From: Podarcis bocagei
Taxonomy: Eukaryota
Length of the DNA stretch: 64,000 nucleotides
Direction: 5' to 3' (one strand)
NCBI GenBank assembly: GCA_964188305.1
Contig: OZ076894.1
Shown: piece after piece, positions 40,664-52,093 of the stretch
Layout: each line of letters opens with the position of its first letter
Numbering within the stretch: the stretch's first letter is position 1
Translations under genes and position numbers: made by a program
Notes under the pieces: generated by a model
What the model saw: only the letters and a program-made list of their open reading frames with translations
Database searches by the model: none
What the model was told of the DNA's origin: nothing

Positions 40664-41145
40664 CTGAGAAATGAAAGATCCCATATTAGTCAAATAATAA
40701 GCCATATTTTGCATTTATTTTTTATCTATAACCTCAGATATAGATAAATATAGACTGACTTTACAACAATTTGCTGCTTTTTTCTGAATTTTGCTCACAC
40801 AACATTGCATTTTACCCACCATGAATAGTTTTACTGGAGGCCTCTGGGGTGAAGAGACCAGAGTTAACATTGTATCATATTATGATAATATTTAATATTT
40901 CCTTTAACTAACTACAAACCCGGGATCCTAGTCTAGTTAAGCTGTTTGAGAGTGTAAGGAGTTTTTTTGCATGACTTTTTAAGCAGTCCAGGAATATTCC
41001 CAGGCAATGAAAGAAAGGATTACAATGGCCATTTTTTCACTCCATGCAATACGGTACCATATTTGTAGGACGTATGTATGCTTAGAATTTGACAATTCTA
41101 CCACTATTGATTATGTAATTAGGCATTAGTATCTGTCTTCAGTTA

Positions 41146-41346
<201 letters not shown>

Positions 41347-41987
41347 TTATAGACCCAAGAAACCACATTTTGGGAGATGGACTGATTGCTCATATGGCAA
41401 TATGGATCAGACAGACCAAACCAGAGACCCTCACAATTCAAAGCCAGTTCATACTGCCTCCTGGCATCTATATAATGCATGTGGCAAAATGTGGAAGCAA
41501 GCTTGGGCTCTCGTACATGTTTGTTCTGCACAACACACAGCACATCTTGTGTGAAATATGTATGTGAATCTGCTCTGTCGCCATGATCCAGCCTCCTCCC
41601 ATTTTTTAAAATAGACTGATTTTGTAGCAAGGCATACTTGCATACTAATAAATCACATATGCATGAATGCATTTTGTGTGAATACATTTTGAAGAAGAAG
41701 CTGACTCCCCATGCTTTACCATTTGAAATCTGGGGGTACTGTGAAAATCAGTCCACAGAGAAAAGAAGCAAGCTTTTATTAGAATGTTCTTCAACTGAAG
41801 TTGAGATCCATCAGTACATATGACGTACACAGTAATAACATACTAAATTTCCATGCAAAATTCATATTGTATACCAGCACAATTATGTCTGTCTCTTGAC
41901 TTTCAGTTCTTGAACTTCCATTTTAGTGTATGAACATTAAACCTAGATACTCCACATATTTCAAATGCATATTTGCAGACATACATA

Positions 41988-42310
41988 CAGTAAGCCTGCA
42001 ACTTAGGTGGGGCTCAGGTTCCGGGAATTGCACCTAAAGCCGAAATCGCATACAGTCATGCCTTGGATGTTGAATGGAATCAGTTCTGGAAGTCCGTTCA
42101 ACTTCCAAAATGTTCAGAAACCAAAGCGCGGCTTCAGATTGGCTACAGGAAGCTTCTGCAGCCAATCAGAAGCAGCACCAGATGTTTCCAAAAGAACATT
42201 TGAAAACTGGAACACTGGTTTAGATCGTTCAGGAGCCGATTTGTTTGGGAGCCAAGGCATTTGAGAATTAAGGTAAATTAAAGTTACGAACATAAGTTGC
42301 GAGCTTATTG
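41988..42310. mobile_element. Mariner-type MITE containing a nested Tigger-like MITE (42053-~42275)
   Basis: Outer TA|cagtaagcctgcaactta ... taagttgcgagcttattg|TA (same family as 59447-59664); inner TA|cagtcatgccttgg resembles the 8850 and 36610 family. Confidence 0.78.
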
Positions 42311-42622
42311 TACTTAAAAAGGCTTTCCTGTCTGAAATAACATACCCGAATTCGCATTCACATAGAATATGTTGAGCTGCTAAATGATCACCACATGCAA
42401 TTACGGCAGACTTTTGTAAAGCCACCACACTACGTTTCATTTGGTCACTGTTTTGACACGTATCTGTTATGTGGTTTATAAAGACACATGCACAAAGTCA
42501 GTCTTGACATAGACTCTTGGTGCACAAGTGAGTTTTGGCATTTCCAAGTTCCTAAATCTAGGCCTGAGTAAGCCTATCATGAAATAAAACTACAGAATCT
42601 TTGAGACACTGAGCAGCCTTAC

Positions 42623-42748
42623 CTTCACAACTCTTCTTGTCAGGCCCAAGCTCATAACCTGGATCACAAGCACACTGATAGCTGCCCAGTGTATTCACAC
42701 ACCGTTGTTCACATCCACCATTGTCAGGTTTGGCACATTCATCTTCCT
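42623..42748 (-). CDS. TLL1: TLL1 coding exon, calcium-binding EGF1
   Basis: ttcacag|AG GAA GAT ... GAA G|gtaagg; 126 nt; (E)[41 protein letters not shown]; six cysteines. Confidence 0.97.
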
Positions 42749-43359
42749 CTGTGAAGAAATGGAAGGACAGAATTGCATTTACTTATCCATTTCATAAAAT
42801 TTATACACCGCTTGATTGTCAGAAAAACCTCAGAGCGGTTTGCAAAGAGATAAAATCGTAAATTCAGGAAAACAATTGCAATACAGCAAAACATACGGGA
42901 AGTTAAAATATTAAAACAGATCCAAATTCAAATCAGCCTTAAAATAAAATCATTGACTTCTTTGTCTCTTGACTATAGTGTAAACACAAAGACAGCCCAT
43001 CGGATTATTTCCCTATAATTCAGATTGTATTAAGCTTCTAGCTTTAGATTTATTATAAGTGCATGATCCTTCCTTGCACAGACACTGTAGCTGTTTATGG
43101 AGGGCTCTCCAGAAGGCTGCTTCTCCCTTCGGAGTGGAGATGCAGGCACTCAGCATTCCAGGCTGCTTTGGTAAATAAGAGGTCTGTGTTTGCCTCCCAA
43201 ATCCCTGTCTAGACTTCTCCTCTCCTTTTGGTCCAGGGGCACAAGTACTCAGCTTTCATCCCTTGACTAAATATAGAGGGCGACCTGCATCTCTTTGTGG
43301 GATGTAACATAAGCAGTCAAGTACAACACTTCCTCTTTGCCCAGAGTGGACACACAGGG

Positions 43360-43800
43360 GTATGTTACTCCAGCCAGGAGGACTTCCTGTCACACCTGGT
43401 CTGAAGCATCCTCCCCCTGCGTGTGACCAGGTAGATGGGCGTGATCCTGGGAGACCCCATAAAAGAGCTGGTCACGCTTCCATCTTCCCTCCTCCTCCTT
43501 CGTTTTATTCCAGCCTGATACTTTTGCTGTGTGCTAGCTCTCAACCAGCAGCACATGGGCTCATTTCCCTACATGGAATGAACCCAACTCTCTTTTCTGT
43601 AACTACAAGCTAAAGCCTGCCTTCAGGGAACCTACTGCGAACTGAATGTAAGTAAACTTCTTATCATTGCTTTTAAAGAAGACTGCTGTGTCTTTATTCT
43701 TTTTAAGAGGGAACAAAGGGGATTTGCTAGGATCAAACCCAATCTGGACAAGCCATATTGGAGTGCTTAAGTAAAGAGATTCAAACGAATCTACCAACTG
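43360..43800 (+). mobile_element. Possible solo LTR-like sequence
   Basis: cataaaa TATA-like box, pyrimidine tract, later agtaaa and a T-rich tract; termini and TSD not resolved. Confidence 0.3.
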
Positions 43801-45219
43801 CTATATATTGGGGAATGCACTCTGCTACTGACTCACTAGCTTGAGTGAGGAAGGATAATATTTAATCAATATACCCTCTCCTACTATCCACAATGTTCCC
43901 ACACTTTTTTGATGAGAAGCATGCATTGGCATCCCATCTCTGTACAGCTTGGTGTGAGGCCTGAGGTGGGGCATCCATTTGCACACAGGTATTGTACTCT
44001 ACACCTGTGTGTAGAAGGTTCATGCCCTAAGAATTGTGTTGCAGATATGAAATAATTTAGGTTGCAGGAATTAAAGGTTGTGTAAAATACTAAGAGAAAA
44101 GGCTGAAAATCCAGCAGGGTCACTCAAAGGGCACTTTATCTCCAACAGAACGAATTTATACATTATCTTGAATTTTATACTCAAACCCAGATTAACTGAA
44201 TCCTCAAATCCCACATTTTTATTCTACTGATATTAAAGGAAACAAGATGCAACGGAGAGAAAGAGGGAAACGTAGAATACAGTATTATCTCTACAAGCAG
44301 CATGACATACTTATGAACATTTTAGTCATCATTTCTTCCATTACTAGTTCTCTTGATTTCGGTAACAGTGGGTTCTGAATCATCCATTTAAAATAGGTAA
44401 TAAAAGCATACACCTGAGACATGGGTAATACTTATAGAGTAGCAAATACGAAAGACAGCTGATCTCCTGTCTGTTTGATTTTGTGACAATAGTTAAGTAT
44501 TTGATACAGAATCATGGTATGTCTTATGCTTTATGTGTTGCATTATTTTCATAAAAGAAAAGAAGAACAGTTGATATTGAATAAATGTGTAAAATGTATA
44601 CCTCTGTGGTTTGGTAATGTTTATATGTGTGCATGGCTATATGAGAGGGCACATATTAAGCAAGATAAAATTTTGATTACTTATCAAGGTCTGTAGAGAG
44701 GTTCTTTTTTATTTTCGGGAACAAATCTTAGCCCCCTTCTCATCAAAAGGTTCTTAAAGCATCATCACAAATAAAATAAAGATACAATAAAGCTGCAGAG
44801 TGACTGGGTAAAATGAAAAGCCGGCATTAAACAAGATGAAGCATTAAAAGCCTCTGTAAAAGCCTATACTTCGAAAAGTGACAAGTTCTCAGATGCGCTG
44901 CACAGCACTGGGAAGCAGGTTCAAAAGCCACCACTATAAAGGCACATTGGCACTCAGCAGTGGCTCTCAGTCTTATAGATGATAAGACCACCAAATAATG
45001 AAAGAACAGGAAGCTAAATGCAGACAAAAGTGCTACTGCTTTGGATATTCCAGACCAAAAAATAAGCTCTAGTGCCTTGAATTCAGCACACAAACAGTGA
45101 AGTTCATATAAAACAAGTGTTGTATGTTTCCTGTGGGTAAAACAAGATATTTAAATTTTAACACACTGAAAATTGGCATTTTCTTCTGAATTGCACTCTC
45201 AAGTGCAACTAGACTTTCA

Positions 45220-45462
<243 letters not shown>

Positions 45463-46471
45463 TTATAGCTGGTCCTTTTCCTGCTACTCAATGTAAAACA
45501 CATTTTTTAAAACCTTACTTTGGGGGTTCAGAATATCATTGAGTTTCACTGTAAACCTGATAATTATGTAGAGTTTTGTTTTGTTTTTTTCAATTCCAAG
45601 ACATTGCAGTATAGTATTGGCCAGTACAAAAGCACATGAGGTTTTGCAGCAATACACATCTTACAAATGAAGCTAATTTGTAAAATGAAATGAAGGACGT
45701 GTTCAAATCAAGAGTTAAACTGGTATAAGAATCAGAGGCATGGTATGAACTTGAAGCAGATGCACAGCTAAGTCAGGTGAAGGAAAAGAAATGAGTATTG
45801 GGGGTCCAGCAATTAAGGAAGGGTTTCACTCATTTGAATATACTACGGTTGCTTCTGGTTATCTCAAATACTCTGGTGGGTTGAATAACGATCTGAAGCA
45901 ACACTGGCTACCTAGCAGTACACATATACATACATCAAAGACAGCATAGATCTTTGACCTAGTGATGGACAATGAAACATTGAATATATGTTACCGGTCA
46001 TTGGTCCATCATGCCAGCTTTGTCCTACTTGATAGGCAGTAGCTTTTTATCCTTTCAAGCAAGAGACTTACTCAACCAACTTGCCTGAGATCCTTTATCT
46101 GAAGATGTTGGGAGCTCAACTCATGCCAGTAAACTTGTAAAGTCAGCACCCCACCACTGAGCTATGCACGAAGGGTTCCGGTAGCTCAGTGAAAAAGTTA
46201 TAACTTTGGCCTCAGCTTTCAGGCCAGATTATTGTCATGAAGTTGGCTGCCTATGCTCTGATCCCTTGAGATTTCCATTCTCTAAGCTCCCATTGTTTTA
46301 AACATCTGCTGTGAGGATAACGGATCAAGCTTATATAATAGAAAAATGCAAAAAGGTTATTCCAAACTGGAATGCAAATATCACATACACCAGCTGTAAA
46401 TCTCAACCCCATGCATAAAGTATTAATGACTAGCCTTATGAAATCCCGTTTGAATACATTATATTTATGTT

Positions 46472-46506
<35 letters not shown>

Positions 46507-47101
46507 TATTGAACCCTAGGAGAGTATTCAAATCATTCTATAAAAAAATATTTTCCTGACCCAAAACATGATATATAGCTCACAACTAGAGTTACAGGCT
46601 TATTCAGCAGTACATAGCTTATAGCAGCAAATGACACATAGAGGTATTCTGTAGAAGCGTCAAAAATAAAATTAACAGCTCTAGGATAATTTGTAACAAT
46701 TTGGTGGGAGGAACACTAATATTTATCTCTGAATAATAGTAACATTCATTTGTTTAATTAAAAAAAGAAAAGATATACATTTAGGAAAGAAATAATAGGC
46801 CTATTATTTAATAGATTCCTAATGCAGCATTGTGGAACAGGATTAGTCATTTGTCAAAAGAAACTATTGTCATTTTTTTAAAAAAAAATATTCCAATTTA
46901 AATGCCACAGATAACATAAAATCCCTTTAATCTTCTTGAAATTTATGCAATGGGAAAAGTCTCAGTGAAAGGAAATATTAACTATAGGGGTTACATTATA
47001 TAGAGAATGCTTTGTTTCTTCATTGGCTTAATGAGGATTCCCTTAAATGTCACTGTCACTTATCCACAGATGGTTTGCTCAGATCAGTTAAAAGGCTTTA
47101 C

Positions 47102-47247
47102 CTCAAATGCCTGAAAGGTTAATCCGACATTGTAGTTCTCTGACACTGTTATTTTCCACACACATTCCTTCATTGGTCTGTAGTCATCAGGATAATTAGG
47201 AGACTGGATCTGGCCTTCATTCTTGTGTATTTCACCTCCACAAATTG
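47102..47247 (-). CDS. TLL1: TLL1 coding exon, CUB2 start
   Basis: ttcag|CA ATT TGT ... TTT GAG|gtaaag; 146 nt; (A)[48 protein letters not shown] (ORF track 47084..47278). Confidence 0.97.
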
Positions 47248-47716
47248 CTGAAGAATACATAAGAATCAGGCTGAGCACATTTTCAAATTTTTCATTATTA
47301 ATACTGAAAAAACAAACCTACATTTCATTGTTTAGCAATGCCTGGAAGAGGTACAATAATATAAATTAAAACCAAAGGGTCTAAGCAAATAAACCGATAA
47401 CAAGAAGAGATAATACCACAGCAAAAACTGATTTTGGGGGGGTAAATAAGTAAGCTTTTGTAATTTAAAAAACACACACATACACACACAGCAATGTCCA
47501 TAGCAATAACAGTATCAAAGTCTGTTCAAGCCAATTAACCTCCAATTAAGACCTTACAAATAGCGGGGGAGAGATGGCAAGCAAAATGCGAGGGAGATAG
47601 TGAAAGATACAGGAAATTGAATGCAGATTTCCAAAAAATAGCAAGGAGAGACAAGAGGGCCTACTTAAACAAGCAATGCAAAGAAATAGAGGAAAACAAC
47701 AGAATGGGAAAAACAA

Positions 47717-48524
47717 AGCGTGTTCTCACTAAAGGAGAGCACGTGTTGCGGATGGGGACGGTCAAAGCACCCTGAAGTGAATGGGCAAGTGGAGATTAAG
47801 GAGCCTGACGTTGGAGCTGGCTGTTGCTGGGGCAAAACTGATGTTGCGATTTTAGGGGTGGGATCGGAGCTTATTTAAGCAGGGTCCACAGCAGGCTACT
47901 TTCTCTTTTGCTGTGGACATCGGATCTCCCGCCCGCCCTCCCTTTTTGGGCTTGCGCCTTGACCTTGCTTTGCCTGTCATGGGGTCGTTCGCATTGGTGC
48001 GGGGGCCTAGTAGGAATTTACCGACTGGCTGATTAGTGAGTGCCTTTCGGGTTTTGCCTACTACTTAGCAAATCGTCACAACTTGTAAGGTTGGCGGTTA
48101 GGCATTGGGTTAAATTGGTTGGTGGAGGGGTATGGATTGGCTGTGCCTACCCCTCCAATGCTGGCGCTGCACGGGAATTCCGTTAAAGGAATTCAGGGCC
48201 TTACCATCCTTTCGTCCAAACTCCTGGAATCGGGTTTGGGCCGTGTAAGGCCCCTAGGAGCATGCAGGGAGAAGCTGAGGGCCTGTGTCGCAGCTCCAGT
48301 TATCCCTGCACTTGTTCCTCCACACTGGCTTTCGCTGGAATCCGGAAGCCAGTGCTGTCCCCAAGGCGGGGGGGACAGCTAGTCATAACCAATGCCTAAG
48401 CAACCACTCACTATTTGTATGAAAATAAAGTTGTGGCCAAAATTTATGCCAAAAAACCTTAACCAAAAATTATGTGTGTTGTGTGAGTTATTGGGGTGAG
48501 GGTGTTTTGGAGGACCTCAGCACG
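47717..48524 (+). mobile_element. 808-bp non-coding insert, probably a solo terminal-repeat unit of a tyrosine-recombinase (DIRS/Ngaro-type) retroelement
   Basis: Precise insertion with caa on both sides; no TG..CA ends and no poly(A) tail; joined ends give CACGC-AAA-GCGTG; TATA-like 47872-47878; AATAAA 48424-48429. Confidence 0.6.
48089..48405 (+). ncRNA. Candidate highly structured RNA domain (multi-hairpin junction) inside the insert
   Basis: Closing stem ttaggcattgg / ccaatgcctaa (48098-48108 / 48389-48399) encloses six hairpins of 7-10 perfect bp; stem extensions rely on G-U pairs. Confidence 0.55.
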
Positions 48525-48949
48525 CAAGAGATCTGTTCAAGAAAATTGGAGATATAAAAGGAACATTTCGTACAAAGATTACCATAATAAAGGACAAAAG
48601 TGGAAAGGACCTAACAGAAGCAGAAGACATCAAGAATAGGTGGCAAGAATACACAGAGGAATTATACCAGAAAGATATGGATGTCTCGTACACCCCAGGT
48701 AGTGTGGTTGCTGACCTTGAGCCAGACATCCTGGAGAGTGAAGTCAAATGGGCCTTAGAAAGCACTGCAAATAACAAGGCCAGCGGAAGTGATGGTATTC
48801 CAGCTGAACTATTTAAAATTTTAAAAGATGATGCTGTTAAGGTGCTACACTCAATATGCCTTGAATAAGAATTCAGCCTTGTAAGAATTCAGCATTAAAT
48901 TGTTGGCCTTTATCCAGCCCATCCAGGGCCTGTGCACCCTTGGCTAATG

Positions 48950-49141
48950 TCTTCTAAAAGTTGCATAGTTATTTTTCTCATTGACATCTGATGGGAGGGT
49001 GTTCCACAGAGCGGGTGGGACTACTGAGAAGGCCCTCTGCCTGGTTCTCTGTAGCCTCGCAGTGAGGGAACCACTAGAAGGCCCTTGGAGCTGGACCACA
49101 GCATCTGGGCTGAATGATGGAGTGGAGACGCTCCTTCAGGT
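48950..49141 (-). mobile_element. L2 fragment, degraded
   Basis: Similar to 1960-2150 (gacatctgatgggagggtgttccacag ... ctccttcaggta). Confidence 0.8.
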
Positions 49142-49542
49142 ACAAATTTGTTGTATTTCTTTTATGTCTGCCCTGATCTGTCTCTGCTGTTTTACTTTGT
49201 ATTGTAATTTTACCGTTGTTACACACAGTGTGTATAAACTTCAGGCTGGATTGCAGCCATAGGACATGACCCAGCAGCTTCAGTGTCTGAACCAAAACCC
49301 CACTGATGCCGGGACTTCCTTTTGTCATCTATGAGAGGGAAATGCTTGGCACCCACAATGGGAAATATCTGTGCTTTGCATGGAACATTCCCTTCTCAGA
49401 GGAAAGGAAGTCTCTTAGCATGCAGAACTTGGTCAGCTGCCACAGTTTATAAGTTGATTAAGAATTGAAAAATGTCATTACTACTGTTCACAACAAGCCC
49501 AGCCTTCTGAGAGGTTTGGGCACATAAAGAACATTAAAATAA

Positions 49543-49547
<5 letters not shown>

Positions 49548-49596
<49 letters not shown>

Positions 49597-50957
49597 TTTT
49601 TATTTATACCCCGCCCTCCCCAGCCAAGGCCGGGCTCAGAGCGGCTTACAAGCAATAATAAAAACAAGATGAGTGATTACAACTTAAAAACAAAAATAAA
49701 ATACAACATTAAAATAATGGAACATTAAAATATTAAAATGGAGCCTCATTGCAGGAGAAGGAAAAGAAAAAAGAAAAAGGGGGGCGGAGGGAATCAAATT
49801 GGCTCCAATCCAAAGGCCAGGCGGAACAACTCTGTCTTACAGGCCCTGCGGAAAGAGATCAGATCCTGCAGGGCCCTGGTCTCATGAGACAGAGTGTTCC
49901 ACCAAGTTGGGGCCAGTGCTGAAAAGGCCCTGGCTCTGGTTGAAGCCAATCTAACTTCCTTAGGGCCTGGGACCACTAGGGTGTTGTTATTTATGGACCT
50001 TGAGGCTCTCCGTGGGGCATACCAGGCGATGCGGTCCCGTAGGTACGAGGGTCCTAGGCCGTGAAGGGCTTTAAAGGTCAAAAGCAGCACCTTAAATCTG
50101 ACCCTGTACTCCACCGGGAGCCAGTGCAGCTTGAAAAGCACTGGATGAATATGCTCCCATGGCACAGACCCTGTGAGGAGCCTCGCTGCAGCATTCTGTA
50201 CCCGCTGGAGTTTCTGGGACAGCTTCAAGGGCAGTCCCGCGTAGAGCGAGTTACAGTAGTCAAGCCTGGAGATGACTGTCGCATGGATCACTGTGGCCAG
50301 GTCGGGGCGGGAAAGGTAAGGGACCAACTGCTTGATGCGGCGAAGGTGGAAAAATGTCGCCTTGGCTGTTGCTGTGACTTGTGCCTCCATGGAAAGGGAG
50401 GCGTCAAGGATTACACCCAAACTCTTAACGGAAGGCAATGGCACTAATTGGGCCCCCGCAAGAGAAGGGAGTTGGTCCCTCATCCCCATGCTATCCCGAC
50501 CTAGCCATAGGACCTCTGTCTTCGAAGGATTTAGTTTCAATCGGCTCCCACGAAACCATCCAGCCACAGCTTCCAAGCATCTGGTCAGTGTGTAAGGGGC
50601 CGAGTTGGTGTGGCCATCCATCAGTAGATAGAGCTGAGTGTCATCAGCATATTGATGACAGCCCAGCCCAAAGCTCCGGATAATCTGGGCAAGGGGGCGC
50701 ATAAAGATGTTAAAAAGCATTGGGGAGAGAATTGCGCCCTGCGGCACTCCACACACCAAGGAGTGGCGTGACGACATTTCCCTCCCTAGTGCCACCCTCT
50801 GTCCCCGACCAGAGATAAAAGAGCACAACCAGTTACGGGCTATGCCCTGTATCCCCACGTCTGCAAGGCGATGGTCCAGAAGATCATGATCGACCATGTC
50901 AAAGGCTGCTGACAAATCTAAAAGGATCAGCAGTCCTGACCCGCCTCGATCCAGTTG
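49548..50957 (-). mobile_element. Young 5'-truncated L2-clade LINE (RT domain and 3' end) with (ATT)n tail
   Basis: Uninterrupted ORF with LLDLSAAFDMVDH, GVPQGAILSP, YADDTQLY, SRLDYCNSL and LHWLP; (aat)n at 49548-49596. Confidence 0.96.
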
Positions 50958-51806
50958 TAAAAAATTAGAGTTTTGCAAGAGAACAATCATATTATCCAAC
51001 TAGATAAGAAGCACCTGACAGTACTTCAGGATCAGAATTTGGGAATCCTAGACCACTATGGCTAAAGAAAAAGAATATTGAGGTTCTCGCCTTTCCTTAA
51101 AGATTATGTACATACATTAGAGAACTACACCAATATGAAATGATTGAGTAGATCTTAAGCATTCATTATTCATTGTATGCTGCACAAAAGCATGCTTAAC
51201 TCTCCTGCATTTTTCTCTCCTGGAGGTAGAAAAACGGTTGCAGCAGGGGTGTTGCTAGGTTACAAGTCCCAGATCTTTTTGTGAGAGTCGTAAATGTTTT
51301 TGGGTGATGATTCCGGGGGAAATGGAACTGGGTGACTGGATAGAATATTCTTTTGGGTAAACAAATTAACAAATCGTTTAATATGGCTTTACCTAGAATT
51401 GATTTCAGAGTATTGAAGGAGTATTAATGAAGGGAAATTGAATTTATTTGGAGAAAAGTATGTTTAGAAATTAGGAGTAAATTAATAGAAGAGGAACTAA
51501 TTTGAGGGGTGATCTGGGGCGGCATGTAAACCAATTTAATAATTTATCTGGGGTGATTTGGAAATTAGTTGACTTGCTTTCTGTGACCTATAAATTCCAT
51601 TTGAAACTATACATAGACATAAGCATATGCAGTTTCTATGCAGGCTGGTGCCCCAAATATCTTAGGTTCCTAGCCAATATCCCAAAATTCCAGAAGGACA
51701 ATTAGAGCAGAAAAGCAGTTAAGAAGGGCAAGGATTCAGCAGAACCCACCCACTGTCATTCCTCTGCTCAAACTCACAGCTTCTCAAAGTAGCTTTTGGT
51801 AAAAAA

Positions 51807-51838
<32 letters not shown>
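51807..51838 (+). repeat. (ATG)n microsatellite
   Basis: About 10 units. Confidence 0.93.
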
Positions 51839-51840
<2 letters not shown>

Positions 51841-51976
51841 AAAAACCTGTTGCAGGAAGATACATGCAGCCAATTTAAACACTGATTTGATCAAGTTTAA
51901 ATTATTACAACACTTTGAAGCTCATATAGTTTCAAAGAAATAAACTTTAGTCAACTTGATTACAAGAGTGACTCAC

Positions 51977-52093
51977 CTTCGTAAGTGGCTGAAAAACCTT
52001 TTCCTACCCAGGTACTGCTGCCACGGAACTCTATCCACATTCTGCTGTCACTGGAGGTGAGGACATCTGGGAGCTTGTCACCGCAGAATCTGC
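51977..52093 (-). CDS. TLL1: TLL1 coding exon, CUB1 end
   Basis: ttttag|GC AGA TTC ... GAA G|gtgagt; 117 nt; (G)[38 protein letters not shown]. Confidence 0.96.

Larger units (their letters stand above)
47552..48860 (+). mobile_element. RTE/BovB LINE internal fragment, split by the 47717-48524 insert
   Basis: YRKLNADFQKIARRDKRAYLNKQCKEIEENNRMGKT resumes after the insert as RDLFKKIGDIKGTF...LEPDILESEVKWALES...ASGSDGIPAELFK. Confidence 0.92.

Noticed and set aside
48119-48382. 87-aa ORF across the structured domain
   Set aside because: Non-ATG start, no recognisable domain; the base-pairing pattern explains the sequence better.
47717-48524. Hammerhead ribozyme or retrozyme in the structured insert
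   Set aside because: By eye I found no CUGANGA...GAAA core with the right stems on either strand (ctgattag near 48029 does not fit). A covariance-model search is still needed.
50061-50889. Plus-strand ORFs overlapping the L2
   Set aside because: Antisense shadows of the L2 RT frame.
50958-50999. N-terminus MDNMIVLLQNSNFL of the 401-aa ORF
   Set aside because: Flanking DNA that happens to be in frame with the truncated L2; not a real start.
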